A stretch of 64,000 bases of DNA from Leptogorgia sarmentosa (lineage: Eukaryota): positions 16,988,001 through 17,052,000 of the forward strand of contig OZ210885.1 of NCBI GenBank assembly GCA_964658305.1, read 5' to 3'. The notes beneath the pieces were generated by a model that was not told where the DNA came from, did no database searches, and saw only the letters and a list, made by a program, of their open reading frames with translations. Positions 8,601 through 22,500 of the stretch are shown piece by piece (positions within the stretch are counted from its first letter, which is position 1; each line of letters opens with the position of its first letter). A program made the position numbers and the translations under genes.

Positions 8601-11600
8601 TGTTATTGTTACACGTTTAAAAAGTGTAACTTCCATCAACAGATGTCTACGACCATACCTGTAGGAAAATACCGGTTCTCCTCTGATCACCGAAGTTAAG
8701 CCTAGGTGGGAAAAGTTAGTAGTTGTATGGGTGACCACCTGGGAATACTTTGTGTTGTCGACTTGCTTCATTTTATTGTATGTGTGTTTGTAAATAGGTT
8801 TGCTTTCAATTTCAACTTCAGGGTTTTGTTATTGTTACACGTTTAAAAAGTGTTACTTCCATCAACAAATGTCTACGACCATACTAGTAGGAAAATACCG
8901 GTCCTCGTCTGATCACCGAAGTTAAGCCTAGGTGGGCAAGGTTAGTAGTTGGATGGGTGACCACCTGGGAATATTTTGTGTTGTACACTTGCTTCATTTT
9001 ATTGTATGTGTGTTTCTAAATAGGTTTGCTTTCAATTTCAACTTCAGGGTTTTGTTATTGTTACACGTTTAAAAAGTGTTACTTCCATCAACAAATGTCT
9101 ATGACCATACCTGTAGGAAAATACCGGTTCTCGTCTGATCACCGAAGTTAAGCCTAGGTGGGAAAAGTTAGTAGTTGTATGGATGACCACCTGGGAATAC
9201 TTTGTGTTGTAGACTTGCTTCATTTTATTGTATGTGTGTTTGTAAATAGGTTTGCTTTCAATTTCAACTTCAGGGTTTTGTTATTGTTACACGTTTAAAA
9301 AGTGTTACTTCCATCAACAAATGTCTACGACCATACCTGTAGGAAAATACCGGTTCTCGTCTGATCACCGAAGTGAAGCCTAGATGGGCAAAGTTAGTAG
9401 TTGTATGGGTGACCACCTGGGAATACTTTGTGTTGTAGACTTGCTTCATTTTATTGTATGTGTGTTTGTAAATAGGTTTGCTTTCAATTTCAACTTCAGG
9501 GTTTTGTTATTGTTACACGTTTAAAAAGTGTTACTTCCATCAACAAATGTCTACGACCATACCAGTAGGAAAATACCGGTTCTCGTCTGATCACCGAAAT
9601 TAAGCCTAGGTGGGCAAGGTTAGTAGTTGGATGGGTGACCCCCTGGGAATATTTTGTGTTGTACACTTGCTTCATTTTATTGTATGTGTGTTTCTAAATA
9701 GGTTTGCTTTCAATTTCAACTTCAGGGTTTTGTTATTGTTACACGTTTAAAAAGTGTTACTTCCATCAACAAATGTCTACGACCATACAAGTAGGAAAAT
9801 ACCGGTTCTCGTCTGATCACCGAAGTAAAGAATAGGTGGGCAATGTTAGTACTTGGATGGGTGACTACCTGGGAATACTTTGTGTTGTAGACTTGCTTCA
9901 TTTTATTGTATGTGTGTTTGTAAATAGGTTTGCTTTCAATTTCAACTTCAGGGTTTTGTTATTGTTACACGTTTAAAAAGTGTAACTTCCATCAAAGAAT
10001 GTCTACGACCATACCAGTAGGAAAATGCCGGGTCTCGTCTGATCACCGAAGTTTAGCCTAGGTGGGAAAAGTTAGTACTTGGATGGGTGACCACCTGGGA
10101 ATACTTTGTGTTGTAGACTTGCTTCATTTTATTGTATGTGTGTTTGTAAATAGGTTTGCTTTCAATTTCAACTTCAGGGTTTTGTTATTGTTACACGTTT
10201 AAAAAGTGTTACTTCCATCAACAAATGTCTACGACCTTACCAGTAGGAAAATACCGGTTCTCGTCTGATCACCGAAGTTAAGCCTTGGTGGGCAAAGTTA
10301 GTACTTGGATGGGTGACCACCTGGGAATACTTTGTGTTGTAGACTTGCTTCATTTTATTGTATGTGTGTTTTTAAATATGTTTGCTTTCAATTTCAACTT
10401 CAGGGTTTTGTTATTGTTACATGTTTAAAAAGTGTAACTTCCATCAACAAATGTCTACGACCATACCAGCAGGAAAATACCGGTTCTCATCTGATCACCG
10501 AAGTTAGGCCTAGGTGGGCAAAGTTAGTACTTGGATGGGTGACCACCTGGGAATACTTTGTGTTGTAGACTTGCTTCATTTTATTGTATGTGTGTTTGTA
10601 AATAGGTTTGCTTTCAATGTAAACTTCAGGGATTTTGTTTTTGCTACATCTGGAAATACTTTGTATTGTTGTTTTGCTAAATGTTATTTAATGCCTATTT
10701 GTAAATATAATTCCTTTCAATTTCAACTTCAGGGTTTTGTTATTGTTACACGTTTAAAAAGTGTTACTTCCATCAACAAATGTCTACGACCGTACGAGTA
10801 GGAAAATACCGGTTCTCGTCTGATCACCGAAGTTAAGCCTAGGTGGGCAAAGTTAGTAGTTGGATGGGTGACCACTTGGGAATACTTTGTGTTGTAGAGT
10901 TGCTTCATTTTATTGTATGTGTGTTTGTAAATAGGTTTGCTTTCAATTTCAACTTCAGGGTTTTTTTATTGTTACACGTTTAAAAAGTGTAACTTCCATC
11001 AACAAATGTCTACGACCATACCAGTAGGAAAATACCGGTTCTCGTCTGATCACCGAAGTTAAGCCTAGGTGGGCAAAGTTAGTACTTGGATGGGTGACCA
11101 CCTGGGAATACTTTGTGTTGTAGACTTGCTTCATTTTATTGTATGTGTGTTTGTAAATAGGTTTGCTTTCAATTTCATCTTCAGGGTTTTGTTATTGTTA
11201 CACGTTTAAAAAGTGTTACTTCCATCAACAAATGTCTACGACCATACCAGTAGGAAAATACCGGTTCTCGTCTGATCACCGAAGTTAAGCCTAGGTGGGG
11301 AAAGTTAGTACTTGGATGGGTGACCACCTGGGAATACTTTTTTTTGTAGACTTGCTTCATTTTATTGTATGTGTGTTTGCAAATAGGTTTGCTTTCAATG
11401 TAAACTTCAGGGATTTTGTTATTGCTACATCTGGAAATACTTTGTATTGTTGTTTTGCTAAATGTTATTTAATGCCTATTTGTAAATATACTTCCTTTCA
11501 ATTTCAACTTCGGGGTTTTGTTATTGTTACACGATTAAAAAGTGTAACTTCCATCAACAAATGTGTACGACCGTACGAGTAGGAAAATACCGGTTCTCGT

Positions 11601-14600
11601 CTGATCACCGAAGTTAAGCCTAGGTGGGCACAGTTAGTAGTTGGATGGGTGACCACCTGGGAATACTTTGTGTTGTAGACTTGCTTCATTTTATTGTATG
11701 TGTGTTTGTAAATAGGTTTGCTTTCAATTTCAACTTCAGGGATTTGTTATTGTTACACGTTTTAAAAGTGTAACTTCCATCAGCAAATGTCTACGACCAT
11801 ACCAGTAGGAAAATACCGGTTCTCGTCTGATCACCGAAGTTAAGCCTAGGTGGGCAAAGTTAGTACTTGGATGGGTGACCACCTGGGAATACTTTGTGTT
11901 GTAGACTTGCTTCATTTTATTGTATGTGTGTTTGTAAATAGGTTTGCTTTCAATTTCATCTTCAGGGTTTTGTTATTGTTACACGTTTAAAAAGTGTTAC
12001 TTCCATCAACAAATGTCTACGACCATACCAGTAGGAAAATACCGGTTCTCGTCTGATCACCGAAGTTAAGCCTAGGTGGGCAAAGTTAGTACTTGGATGG
12101 GTGACTACCTGGGAATACTTTGTGTTGTAGACTTGCTTCATTTTATTGTATGTGTGTTTGTAAATATAATTCCTTTCAATTTCAACTTCAGGGTTTTGTT
12201 ATTGTTACACGTTTAAAAAGTGTAACTTCCATCAACAATTGTCTACGACCATACCAGTAGGAAAATACCGGTTCTCGTCTGATCACAGAAGTTAAGCCTA
12301 GGTGGGCAAAGTTAGTACTTGGATGGGTGACTACCTGGGAATACTTTGTGTTGTAGACTTGCTTCATTTTATTGTAGGTGTGTTTGTAAGTAGGTTTGCT
12401 TTCAATTTCAACTTCAGGGTTTTGTTATTGTTACACGTTTAAAAAGTGTAACTTCCATCAACAAATGTCTACAACCATACCAGTAGCAAAATACCGGTTC
12501 TCGTCTGATCACCGAAGTGAAGCCTAGATGGGCAAAGTTAGTACTTGGATGGGTGACCACCTGGGAATACTTTGTGTTGTAGACTTGCTTCATTTTATTG
12601 TATGTGTGTTTGTAAATAGGTTTGCTTTCAATTTCAACTTCAGGGTTTTGTTATTGTTACACGTTTAAAAAGTGTTACTTCCATCAAGAAATATCTATGA
12701 CCATACCAGTAGGAAAATACCGGTTCTCGTCTGATCACCGAAGTTAAGCCTAGGTGGGCAAGGTTAGTAGTTGGATGGGTGACCACCTGGGAATATTTTG
12801 TGTTGTACACTTGCTTCATTTTATTGTATGTGTGTTTCTAAATAGGTTTGCTTTCAATTTCAACTTCAGGGTTTTCTTATTGTTACACGTTTAAAAAGTG
12901 TAACTTCCATCAACAAATGTCTACGACCATACCAGTAGCAAAATACCGGTTCTCGTCTGATCACCGAAGTTAACCCTAGGTGGGCAAAGTTAGTAGTTGG
13001 ATGGGTGACCACCTGGGAATACTTTGTGTTGTAGACTTGCTTCATTTTATTGTATGTGTGTTTGTAAATAGGTTTGCTTGGAATTTCAACTTCAGGGTTT
13101 TGTTATTGTTACACGTTTAAAAAGTGTAACTTCCATCAACAGATGTCTACGACCATACCTGTAGGAAAATACCGGTTCTCCTCTGATCACCGAAGTTAAG
13201 CCTAGGTGGGAAAAGTTAGTAGTTGTATGGGTGACCACCTGGGAGTACTTTGTGTTGTAGACTTGCTTCATATTATTGTATGTGTGTTTGTAAATAGGTT
13301 TGCTTTCAATTTCAACTTCAGGGTTTTGTTATTGTTACACGTTTAAAAAGTGTAACTTCCATCAACAAATGTCTACCACCATACCAGTAGGAAAATACCG
13401 GTTCTCGTCTGATCACCGAAGTTAAGCCTAGGTGGGCAAAGTTAGTACTTGGATGGGTGACCACCTGGGAATATTTTGTGTTGTAGACTTGCTTCATTTT
13501 ATTGTATGTGTGTTTGTAAATAGGTTTGCTTTCAATTTCAACTTGAGGGTTTTCTTATTGTTACATGTTCAAAAAGTGTAACTTCCATCAACAAATGTCT
13601 ACGACCATACCAGCAGGAAAATACCGGTTCTCGTCTGATCACCGAAGTTAAGCCTAGGTGGGCAAGTTAGTACTTGGATGGGTGACCACCTGGGAATACT
13701 TTGTTTTGTAGACTTGCTTCATTTTATTGTATGTGTGTTTGTAAATAGGTTTGCTTTCAATTTCAACTTTAGGGTTTTGTTATTGTTACACGTTTAAAAA
13801 GTGTAACTTCCATCAACAAATGTCTACGACCATACCAGTAGGAAAATACCGGTTCTCGTCTGATCACCGAAGTTAACCCTAGGTGGGCAAAGTTAGTAGT
13901 TGGATGGGTGACCACCTGGGAATACTTTGTGTTGTAGACTTGCTTCATTTTATTGTATGTGTGTTTGTAAATAGGTTTGCTTGGAATTTCAACTTCAGGG
14001 TTTTGTTATTGTTACACGTTTAAAAAGTGTAACTTCCATCAACAGATGTCTACGACCATACCTGTAGGAAAATACCGGTTCTCCTCTGATCACCGAAGTT
14101 AAGCCTAGGTGGGAAAAGTTAGTAGTTGTATGGGTGACCACCTGGGAATACTTTGTGTTGTCGACTTGCTTCATTTTATTGTATGTGTGTTTGTAAATAG
14201 GTTTGCTTTCAATTTCAACTTCAGGGTTTTGTTATTGTTACACGTTTAAAAAGTGTTACTTCCATCAACAAATGTCTACGACCATACTAGTAGGAAAATA
14301 CCGGTCCTCGTCTGATCACCGAAGTTAAGCCTAGGTGGGCAAGGTTAGTAGTTGGATGGGTGACCACCTGGGAATATTTTGTGTTGTACACTTGCTTCAT
14401 TTTATTGTATGTGTGTTTCTAAATAGGTTTGCTTTCAATTTCAACTTCAGGGTTTTGTTATTGTTACACGTTTAAAAAGTGTTACTTCCATCAACAAATG
14501 TCTATGACCATACCTGTAGGAAAATACCGGTTCTCGTCTGATCACCGAAGTTAAGCCTAGGTGGGAAAAGTTAGTAGTTGTATGGATGACCACCTGGGAA

Positions 14601-16500
14601 TACTTTGTGTTGTAGACTTGCTTCATTTTATTGTATGTGTGTTTGTAAATAGGTTTGCTTTCAATTTCAACTTCAGGGTTTTGTTATTGTTACACGTTTA
14701 AAAAGTGTTACTTCCATCAACAAATGTCTACGACCATACCTGTAGGAAAATACCGGTTCTCGTCTGATCACCGAAGTGAAGCCTAGATGGGCAAAGTTAG
14801 TAGTTGTATGGGTGACCACCTGGGAATACTTTGTGTTGTAGACTTGCTTCATTTTATTGTATGTGTGTTTGTAAATAGGTTTGCTTTCAATTTCAACTTC
14901 AGGGTTTTGTTATTGTTACACGTTTAAAAAGTGTTACTTCCATCAACAAATGTCTACGACCATACCAGTAGGAAAATACCGGTTCTCGTCTGATCACCGA
15001 AATTAAGCCTAGGTGGGCAAGGTTAGTAGTTGGATGGGTGACCCCCTGGGAATATTTTGTGTTGTACACTTGCTTCATTTTATTGTATGTGTGTTTCTAA
15101 ATAGGTTTGCTTTCAATTTCAACTTCAGGGTTTTGTTATTGTTACACGTTTAAAAAGTGTTACTTCCATCAACAAATGTCTACGACCATACAAGTAGGAA
15201 AATACCGGTTCTCGTCTGATCACCGAAGTAAAGAATAGGTGGGCAATGTTAGTACTTGGATGGGTGACTACCTGGGAATACTTTGTGTTGTAGACTTGCT
15301 TCATTTTATTGTATGTGTGTTTGTAAATAGGTTTGCTTTCAATTTCAACTTCAGGGTTTTGTTATTGTTACACGTTTAAAAAGTGTAACTTCCATCAAAG
15401 AATGTCTACGACCATACCAGTAGGAAAATGCCGGGTCTCGTCTGATCACCGAAGTTTAGCCTAGGTGGGAAAAGTTAGTACTTGGATGGGTGACCACCTG
15501 GGAATACTTTGTGTTGTAGACTTGCTTCATTTTATTGTATGTGTGTTTGTAAATAGGTTTGCTTTCAATTTCAACTTCAGGGTTTTGTTATTGTTACACG
15601 TTTAAAAAGTGTTACTTCCATCAACAAATGTCTACGACCTTACCAGTAGGAAAATACCGGTTCTCGTCTGATCACCGAAGTTAAGCCTTGGTGGGCAAAG
15701 TTAGTACTTGGATGGGTGACCACCTGGGAATACTTTGTGTTGTAGACTTGCTTCATTTTATTGTATGTGTGTTTTTAAATATGTTTGCTTTCAATTTCAA
15801 CTTCAGGGTTTTGTTATTGTTACATGTTTAAAAAGTGTAACTTCCATCAACAAATGTCTACGACCATACCAGCAGGAAAATACCGGTTCTCATCTGATCA
15901 CCGAAGTTAGGCCTAGGTGGGCAAAGTTAGTACTTGGATGGGTGACCACCTGGGAATACTTTGTGTTGTAGACTTGCTTCATTTTATTGTATGTGTGTTT
16001 GTAAATAGGTTTGCTTTCAATGTAAACTTCAGGGATTTTGTTTTTGCTACATCTGGAAATACTTTGTATTGTTGTTTTGCTAAATGTTATTTAATGCCTA
16101 TTTGTAAATATAATTCCTTTCAATTTCAACTTCAGGGTTTTGTTATTGTTACACGTTTAAAAAGTGTTACTTCCATCAACAAATGTCTACGACCGTACGA
16201 GTAGGAAAATACCGGTTCTCGTCTGATCACCGAAGTTAAGCCTAGGTGGGCAAAGTTAGTAGTTGGATGGGTGACCACTTGGGAATACTTTGTGTTGTAG
16301 AGTTGCTTCATTTTATTGTATGTGTGTTTGTAAATAGGTTTGCTTTCAATTTCAACTTCAGGGTTTTTTTATTGTTACACGTTTAAAAAGTGTAACTTCC
16401 ATCAACAAATGTCTACGACCATACCAGTAGGAAAATACCGGTTCTCGTCTGATCACCGAAGTTAAGCCTAGGTGGGCAAAGTTAGTACTTGGATGGGTGA
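5700..16500 (+). repeat. Tandem duplication of a 5403-bp (23-unit) higher-order block
   Basis: Private variants recur at a 5403 offset: CATATTATT 7869/13272, box-A mutant 9775/15178, ORFs 5892/11295 and 10514/15917. Boundaries are approximate. Confidence 0.9.
9775..9894 (+). pseudogene. 5S copy with destroyed box A/helix II (GAAGTAAAGAATAGG); copies at 9775, 15178, 33644, 43116
   Basis: T53A, C57A, C58A plus C15A, A70T, C92T relative to the consensus. Confidence 0.7.
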
Positions 16501-19500
16501 CCACCTGGGAATACTTTGTGTTGTAGACTTGCTTCATTTTATTGTATGTGTGTTTGTAAATAGGTTTGCTTTCAATTTCAACTTCAGGGTTTTGTTATTG
16601 TTACACGTTTAAAAAGTGTAACTTCCATCAACAAATGTCTACGACCATACCTGTAGGAAAATACCGGTTCTCGTCTGATGACCGAAGTTAAGCCTAGGTG
16701 GGCAAAGTTAGTACTTGGATGGGTGACTACCTGGGAATACTTTGTGTTGTAGACTTGCTTCATTTTATTGTATGTGTGTTTGTAAATATAATTCCTTTCA
16801 ATTTCAACTTCAGGGTTTTGTTATTGTTACACGTTTAAAAAGTGTTACTTCCATCGGCAAATGTCTACGACCATACCAGTAGGAAAATACCGGTTCTCGT
16901 CTGATCACCGAAGTTAAGCCTAGGTGGGCAAGTTAGTACTTGGATGGGTGACCACCTGGGAATACTTTGTGTTGTAGACTTGCTTCATTTTATTGTATGT
17001 GTGTTTGTAAATAGGTTTGCTTTCAATTTCAACTTCAGGGATTTGTTATTGTTACACGTTTAAAAAGTGTTACTTCCATGAACAAATGTCTACGACCATA
17101 CCAGTAGGAAAATACCGGTTCTCGTCTGATCACCGAAGTTAAGCCTAGGTGGGGAAAGTTAGTACTTGGATGGGTGACCACCTGGGAATACTTTTTTTTG
17201 TAGACTTGCTTCATTTTATTGTATGTGTGTTTGCAAATAGGTTTGCTTTCAATGTAAACTTCAGGGATTTTGTTATTGCTACATCTGGAAATACTTTGTA
17301 TTGTTGTTTTGCTAAATGTTATTTAATGCCTATTTGTAAATATACTTCCTTTCAATTTCAACTTCGGGGTTTTGTTATTGTTACACGATTAAAAAGTGTA
17401 ACTTCCATCAACAAATGTGTACGACCGTACGAGTAGGAAAATACCGGTTCTCGTCTGATCACCGAAGTTAAGCCTAGGTGGGCACAGTTAGTAGTTGGAT
17501 GGGTGACCACCTGGGAATACTTTGTGTTGTAGACTTGCTTCATTTTATTGTATGTGTGTTTGTAAATAGGTTTGCTTTCAATTTCAACTTCAGGGTTTTG
17601 TTATTGTTACACGTTTTAAAAGTGTAACTTCCATCAGCAAATGTCTACGACCATACCAGTAGGAAAATACCGGTTCTCGTCTGATCACCGAAGTTAAGCC
17701 TAGGTGGGCAAAGTTAGTACTTGGATGGGTGACCACCTGGGAATACTTTGTGTTGTAGACTTGCTTCACTTTATTGTATGTGTGTTTGTAAATAGGTTTG
17801 CTTTCAATTTCATCTTCAGGGTTTTGTTATTGTTACACGTTTAAAAAGTGTTACTTCCATCAACAAATGTCTACGACCATACCAGTAGGAAAATACCGGT
17901 TCTCGTCTGATCACCGAAGTTAAGCCTAGGTGGGCAAAGTTAGTACTTGGATGGGTGACTACCTGGGAATACTTTGTGTTGTAGACTTGCTTCATTTTAT
18001 TGTATGTGTGTTTGTAAATATAATTCCTTTCAATTTCAACTTCAGGGTTTTGTTATTGTTACACGTTTAAAAAGTGTAACTTCCATCAACAATTGTCTAC
18101 GACCATACCAGTAGGAAAATACCGGTTCTCGTCTGATCACAGAAGTTAAGCCTAGGTGGGCAAAGTTAGTACTTGGATGGGTGACTACCTGGGAATACTT
18201 TGTGTTGTAGACTTGCTTCATTTTATTGTAGGTGTGTTTGTAAATAGGTTTGCTTTCAATTTCAACTTCAGGGTTTTGTTATTGTTACACGTTTAAAAAG
18301 TGTTACTTCCATCCAGAAATATCTATGACCATACCAGTAGGAAAATACCGGTTCTCGTCTGATCACCGAAGTTAAGCCTAGGTGGGCAAGGTTAGTAGTT
18401 GGATGGGTGACCACCTGGGAATATTTTGTGTTGTACACTTGCTTCATTTTATTGTATGTGTGTTTCTAAATAGGTTTGCTTTCAATTTCAACTTCAGGGT
18501 TTTCTTATTGTTACACGTTTAAAAAGTGTAACTTCCATCAACAAATGTCTACGACCATACCAGTAGCAAAATACCGGTTCTCGTCTGATCACCGAAGTTA
18601 ACCCTAGGTGGGCACAGTTAGTAGTTGGATGGGTGACCACCTGGGAATACTTTGTGTTGTAGACTTGCTTCATTTTATTGTATGTGTGTTTGTAAATAGG
18701 TTTGCTTTCAATTTCAACTTCAGGGTTTTGTTATTGTTACACGTTTTAAAAGTGTAACTTCCATCAGCAAATGTCTACGACCATACCAGTAGGAAAATAC
18801 CGGTTCTCGTCTGATCACCGAAGTTAAGCCTAGGTGGGCAAAGTTAGTACTTGGATGGGTGACCACCTGGGAATACTTTGTGTTGTAGACTTGCTTCATT
18901 TTATTGTATGTGTGTTTGTAAATAGGTTTGCTTTCAATTTCATCTTCAGGGTTTTGTTATTGTTACACGTTTAAAAAGTGTTACTTCCATCAACAAATGT
19001 CTACGACCATACCAGTAGGAAAATACCGGTTCTCGTCTGATCACCGAAGTTAAGCCTAGGTGGGCAAAGTTAGTACTTGGATGGGTGACTACCTGGGAAT
19101 ACTTTGTGTTGTAGACTTGCTTCATTTTATTGTATGTGTGTTTGTAAATATAATTCCTTTCAATTTCAACTTCAGGGTTTTGTTATTGTTACACGTTTAA
19201 AAAGTGTAACTTCCATCAACAATTGTCTACGACCATACCAGTAGGAAAATACCGGTTCTCGTCTGATCACAGAAGTTAAGCCTAGGTGGGCAAAGTTAGT
19301 ACTTGGATGGGTGACTAGCTGGGAATACTTTGTGTTGTAGACTTGCTTCATTTTATTGTATGCGTGTTTGTAAATAGGTTTGCTTTCAATTTCAACTTCA
19401 GGGTTTTGTTATTGTTACACGTTTAAAAAGTGTTACTTCCATCCAGAAATATCTATGACCATACCAGTAGGAAAATACCGGTTCTCGTCTGATCACCGAA

Positions 19501-22500
19501 GTTAAGCCTAGGTGGGCAAGGTTGGTAGTTGGATGGGTGACCACCTGGGAATATTTTGTGTTGTACACTTGCTTCATTTTATTGTATGTGTGTTTCTAAA
19601 TAGGTTTGCTTTCAATTTCAACTTCAGGGTTTTCTTATTGTTACACGTTTAAAAAGTGTAACTTCCATCAACAAATGTCTACGACCATACCAGTAGCAAA
19701 ATACCGGTTCTCGTCTGATCACCGAAGTTAACCCTAGGTGGGCACAGTTAGTAGTTGGATGGGTGACCACCTGGGAATACTTTGTGTTGTAGACTTGCTT
19801 CATTTTATTGTATGTGTGTTTGTAAATAGGTTTGCTTTCAATTTCAACTTCAGGGTTTTGTTATTGTTACACGTTTTAAAAGTGTAACTTCCATCAGCAA
19901 ATGTCTACGACCATACCAGTAGGAAAATACCGGTTCTCGTCTGATCACCGAAGTTAAGCCTAGGTGGGTAAAGTTAGTACTTGGATGGGTGACCACCTGG
20001 GAATACTTTGTGTTGTAGACTTGCTTCATTTTATTGTATGTGTGTTTGTAAATAGGTTTGCTTTCAATTTCATCTTCAGGGTTTTGTTATTGTTACACGT
20101 TTAAAAAGTGTTACTTCCATCAACAAATGTCTACGACCATACCAGTAGGAAAATACCGGTTCTCGTCTGATCACCGAAGTTAAGCCTAGGTGGGCAAAGT
20201 TAGTACTTGGATGGGTGACTACCTGGGAATACTTTGTGTTGTAGACTTGCTTCATTTTATTGTATGTGTGTTTGTAAATATAATTCCTTTCAATTTCAAC
20301 TTCAGGGTTTTGTTATTGTTACACGTTTAAAAAGTGTAACTTCCATCAACAATTGTCTACGACCATACCAGTAGGAAAATACCGGTTCTCGTCTGATCAC
20401 AGAAGTTAAGCCTAGGTGGGAAAGTTAGTACTTGGATGGGTGACTAGCTGGGAATACTTTGTGTTGTAGACTTGCTTCATTTTATTGTATGCGTGTTTGT
20501 AAATAGGTTTGCTTTCAATTTCAACTTCAGGGTTTTGTTATTGTTACACGTTGAAAAAGTGTAACTTCCATCAACAAATGTCTACGACCATACCAGTAGG
20601 AAAATACCGGTTCTCGTCTGATCACCAAAGTTAAGCCTAGGTGGGCAAAGTTAGTAGTTGGATGGGTGACCACCTGGGAATATTTTGTGTTGTAGACTTG
20701 CTTCATTTTATTGTATGTCTGTTTGTAAATAGGTTTGCTTTCAATTTCAACTTCAGGGTTTTGTTATTGTTACACGTTTAAAAAGTGTAACTTCCATCAA
20801 CAAATGTCTACGACCATACCAGTGGGAAAATACCGGTTCTCGTCTGATCACCGAAGTTAAGCCTAGGTGGGCACAGTTAGTAGTTGGATGGGTGACCACC
20901 TGGGAATACTTTGTGTTGTAGACTTGCTTCATTTTATTGTATGTGTGTTTGTAAATAGGTTTGCTTTCAATTTCAACTTCAGGGTTTTGTTATTGTTACA
21001 CGTTTTAAAAGTGTAACTTCCATCAGCAAATGTCTACGACCATACCAGTAGGAAAATACCGGTTCTCGTCTGATCACCGAAGTTAAGCCTAGGTGAGCAA
21101 AGTTAGTACTTGGATGGGTGACCACCTGGGAATACTTTGTGTTGTAGACTTGCTTCATTTTATTGTATGTGTGTTTGTAAATAGGTTTGCTTTCAATTTC
21201 ATCTTCAGGGTTTTGTTATTGTTACACGTTTAAAAAGTGTTACTTCCATCAACAAATGTCTACGACCATACCAGTAGGAAAATACCGGTTCTCGTCTGAT
21301 CACCGAAGTTAAGCCTAGGTGGGCAAAGTTAGTACTTGGATGGGTGACTACCTGGGAATACTTTGTGTTGTAGACTTGCTTCATTTTATTGTATGTGTGT
21401 TTGTAAATATAATTCCTTTCAATTTCAACTTCAGGGTTTTGTTATTGTTACACGTTTAAAAAGTGTAACTTCCATCAACAATTGTCTACGACCATACCAG
21501 TAGGAAAATACCGGTTCTCGTCTGATCACAGAAGTTAAGCCTAGGTGGGCAAAGTTAGTACTTGGATGGGTGACTACCTGGGAATACTTTGTGTTGTAGA
21601 CTTGCTTCATTTTATTGTAGGTGTGTTTGTAAATAGGTTTGCTTTCAATTTCAACTTCAGGGTTTTGTTATTGTTACACGTTTAAAAAGTGTAACTTCCA
21701 TCAACAAATGTCTACGACCATACCAGTAGCAAAATACCGGTTCTCGTCTGATCACCGAAGTGAAGCCTAGATGGGCAAAGTTAGTACTTGGATGGGTGAC
21801 CACCTGGGAATACTTTGTGTTGTAGACTTGCTTCATTTTATTGTATGTGTGTTTGTAAATAGGTTTGCTTTCAATTTCAACTTCAGGGTTTTGTTATTGT
21901 TACACGTTTAAAAAGTGTTACTTCGATCAAGAAATATCTATGACCATACCAGTAGGAAAATACCGGTTCTCGTCTGATCACCGAAGTTAAGCCTAGGTGG
22001 GCAAGGTTAGTAGTTGGATGGGTGACCACCTGGGAATATTTTATGTTGTACACTTGCTTCATTTTATTGTATGTGTGTTTCTAAATAGGTTTGCTTTCAA
22101 TTTCAACTTCAGGGTTTTCTTATTGTTACACGTTTAAAAAGTGTAACTTCCATGAACAAATGTCTACGACCATACCAGTAGCAAAATACCGGTTCTCGTC
22201 TGATCACCGAAGTTAACCCTAGGTGGGCAAAGTTAGTAGTTGGATGGGTGACCACCTGGGAATACTTTGTGTTGTAGACTTGCTTCATTTTATTGTATGT
22301 GTGTTTGTAAATAGGTTTGCTTGGAATTTCAACTTCAGGGTTTTGTTATTGTTACACGTTTAAAAAGTGTAACTTCCATCAACAGACGTCTACGACCATA
22401 CCTGTAGGAAAATACCGGTTCTCCTCTGATCACCGAAGTTAAGCCTAGGTGGGAAAAGTTAGTAGTTGTATGGGTGACCACCTGGGAATACTTTGTGTTG

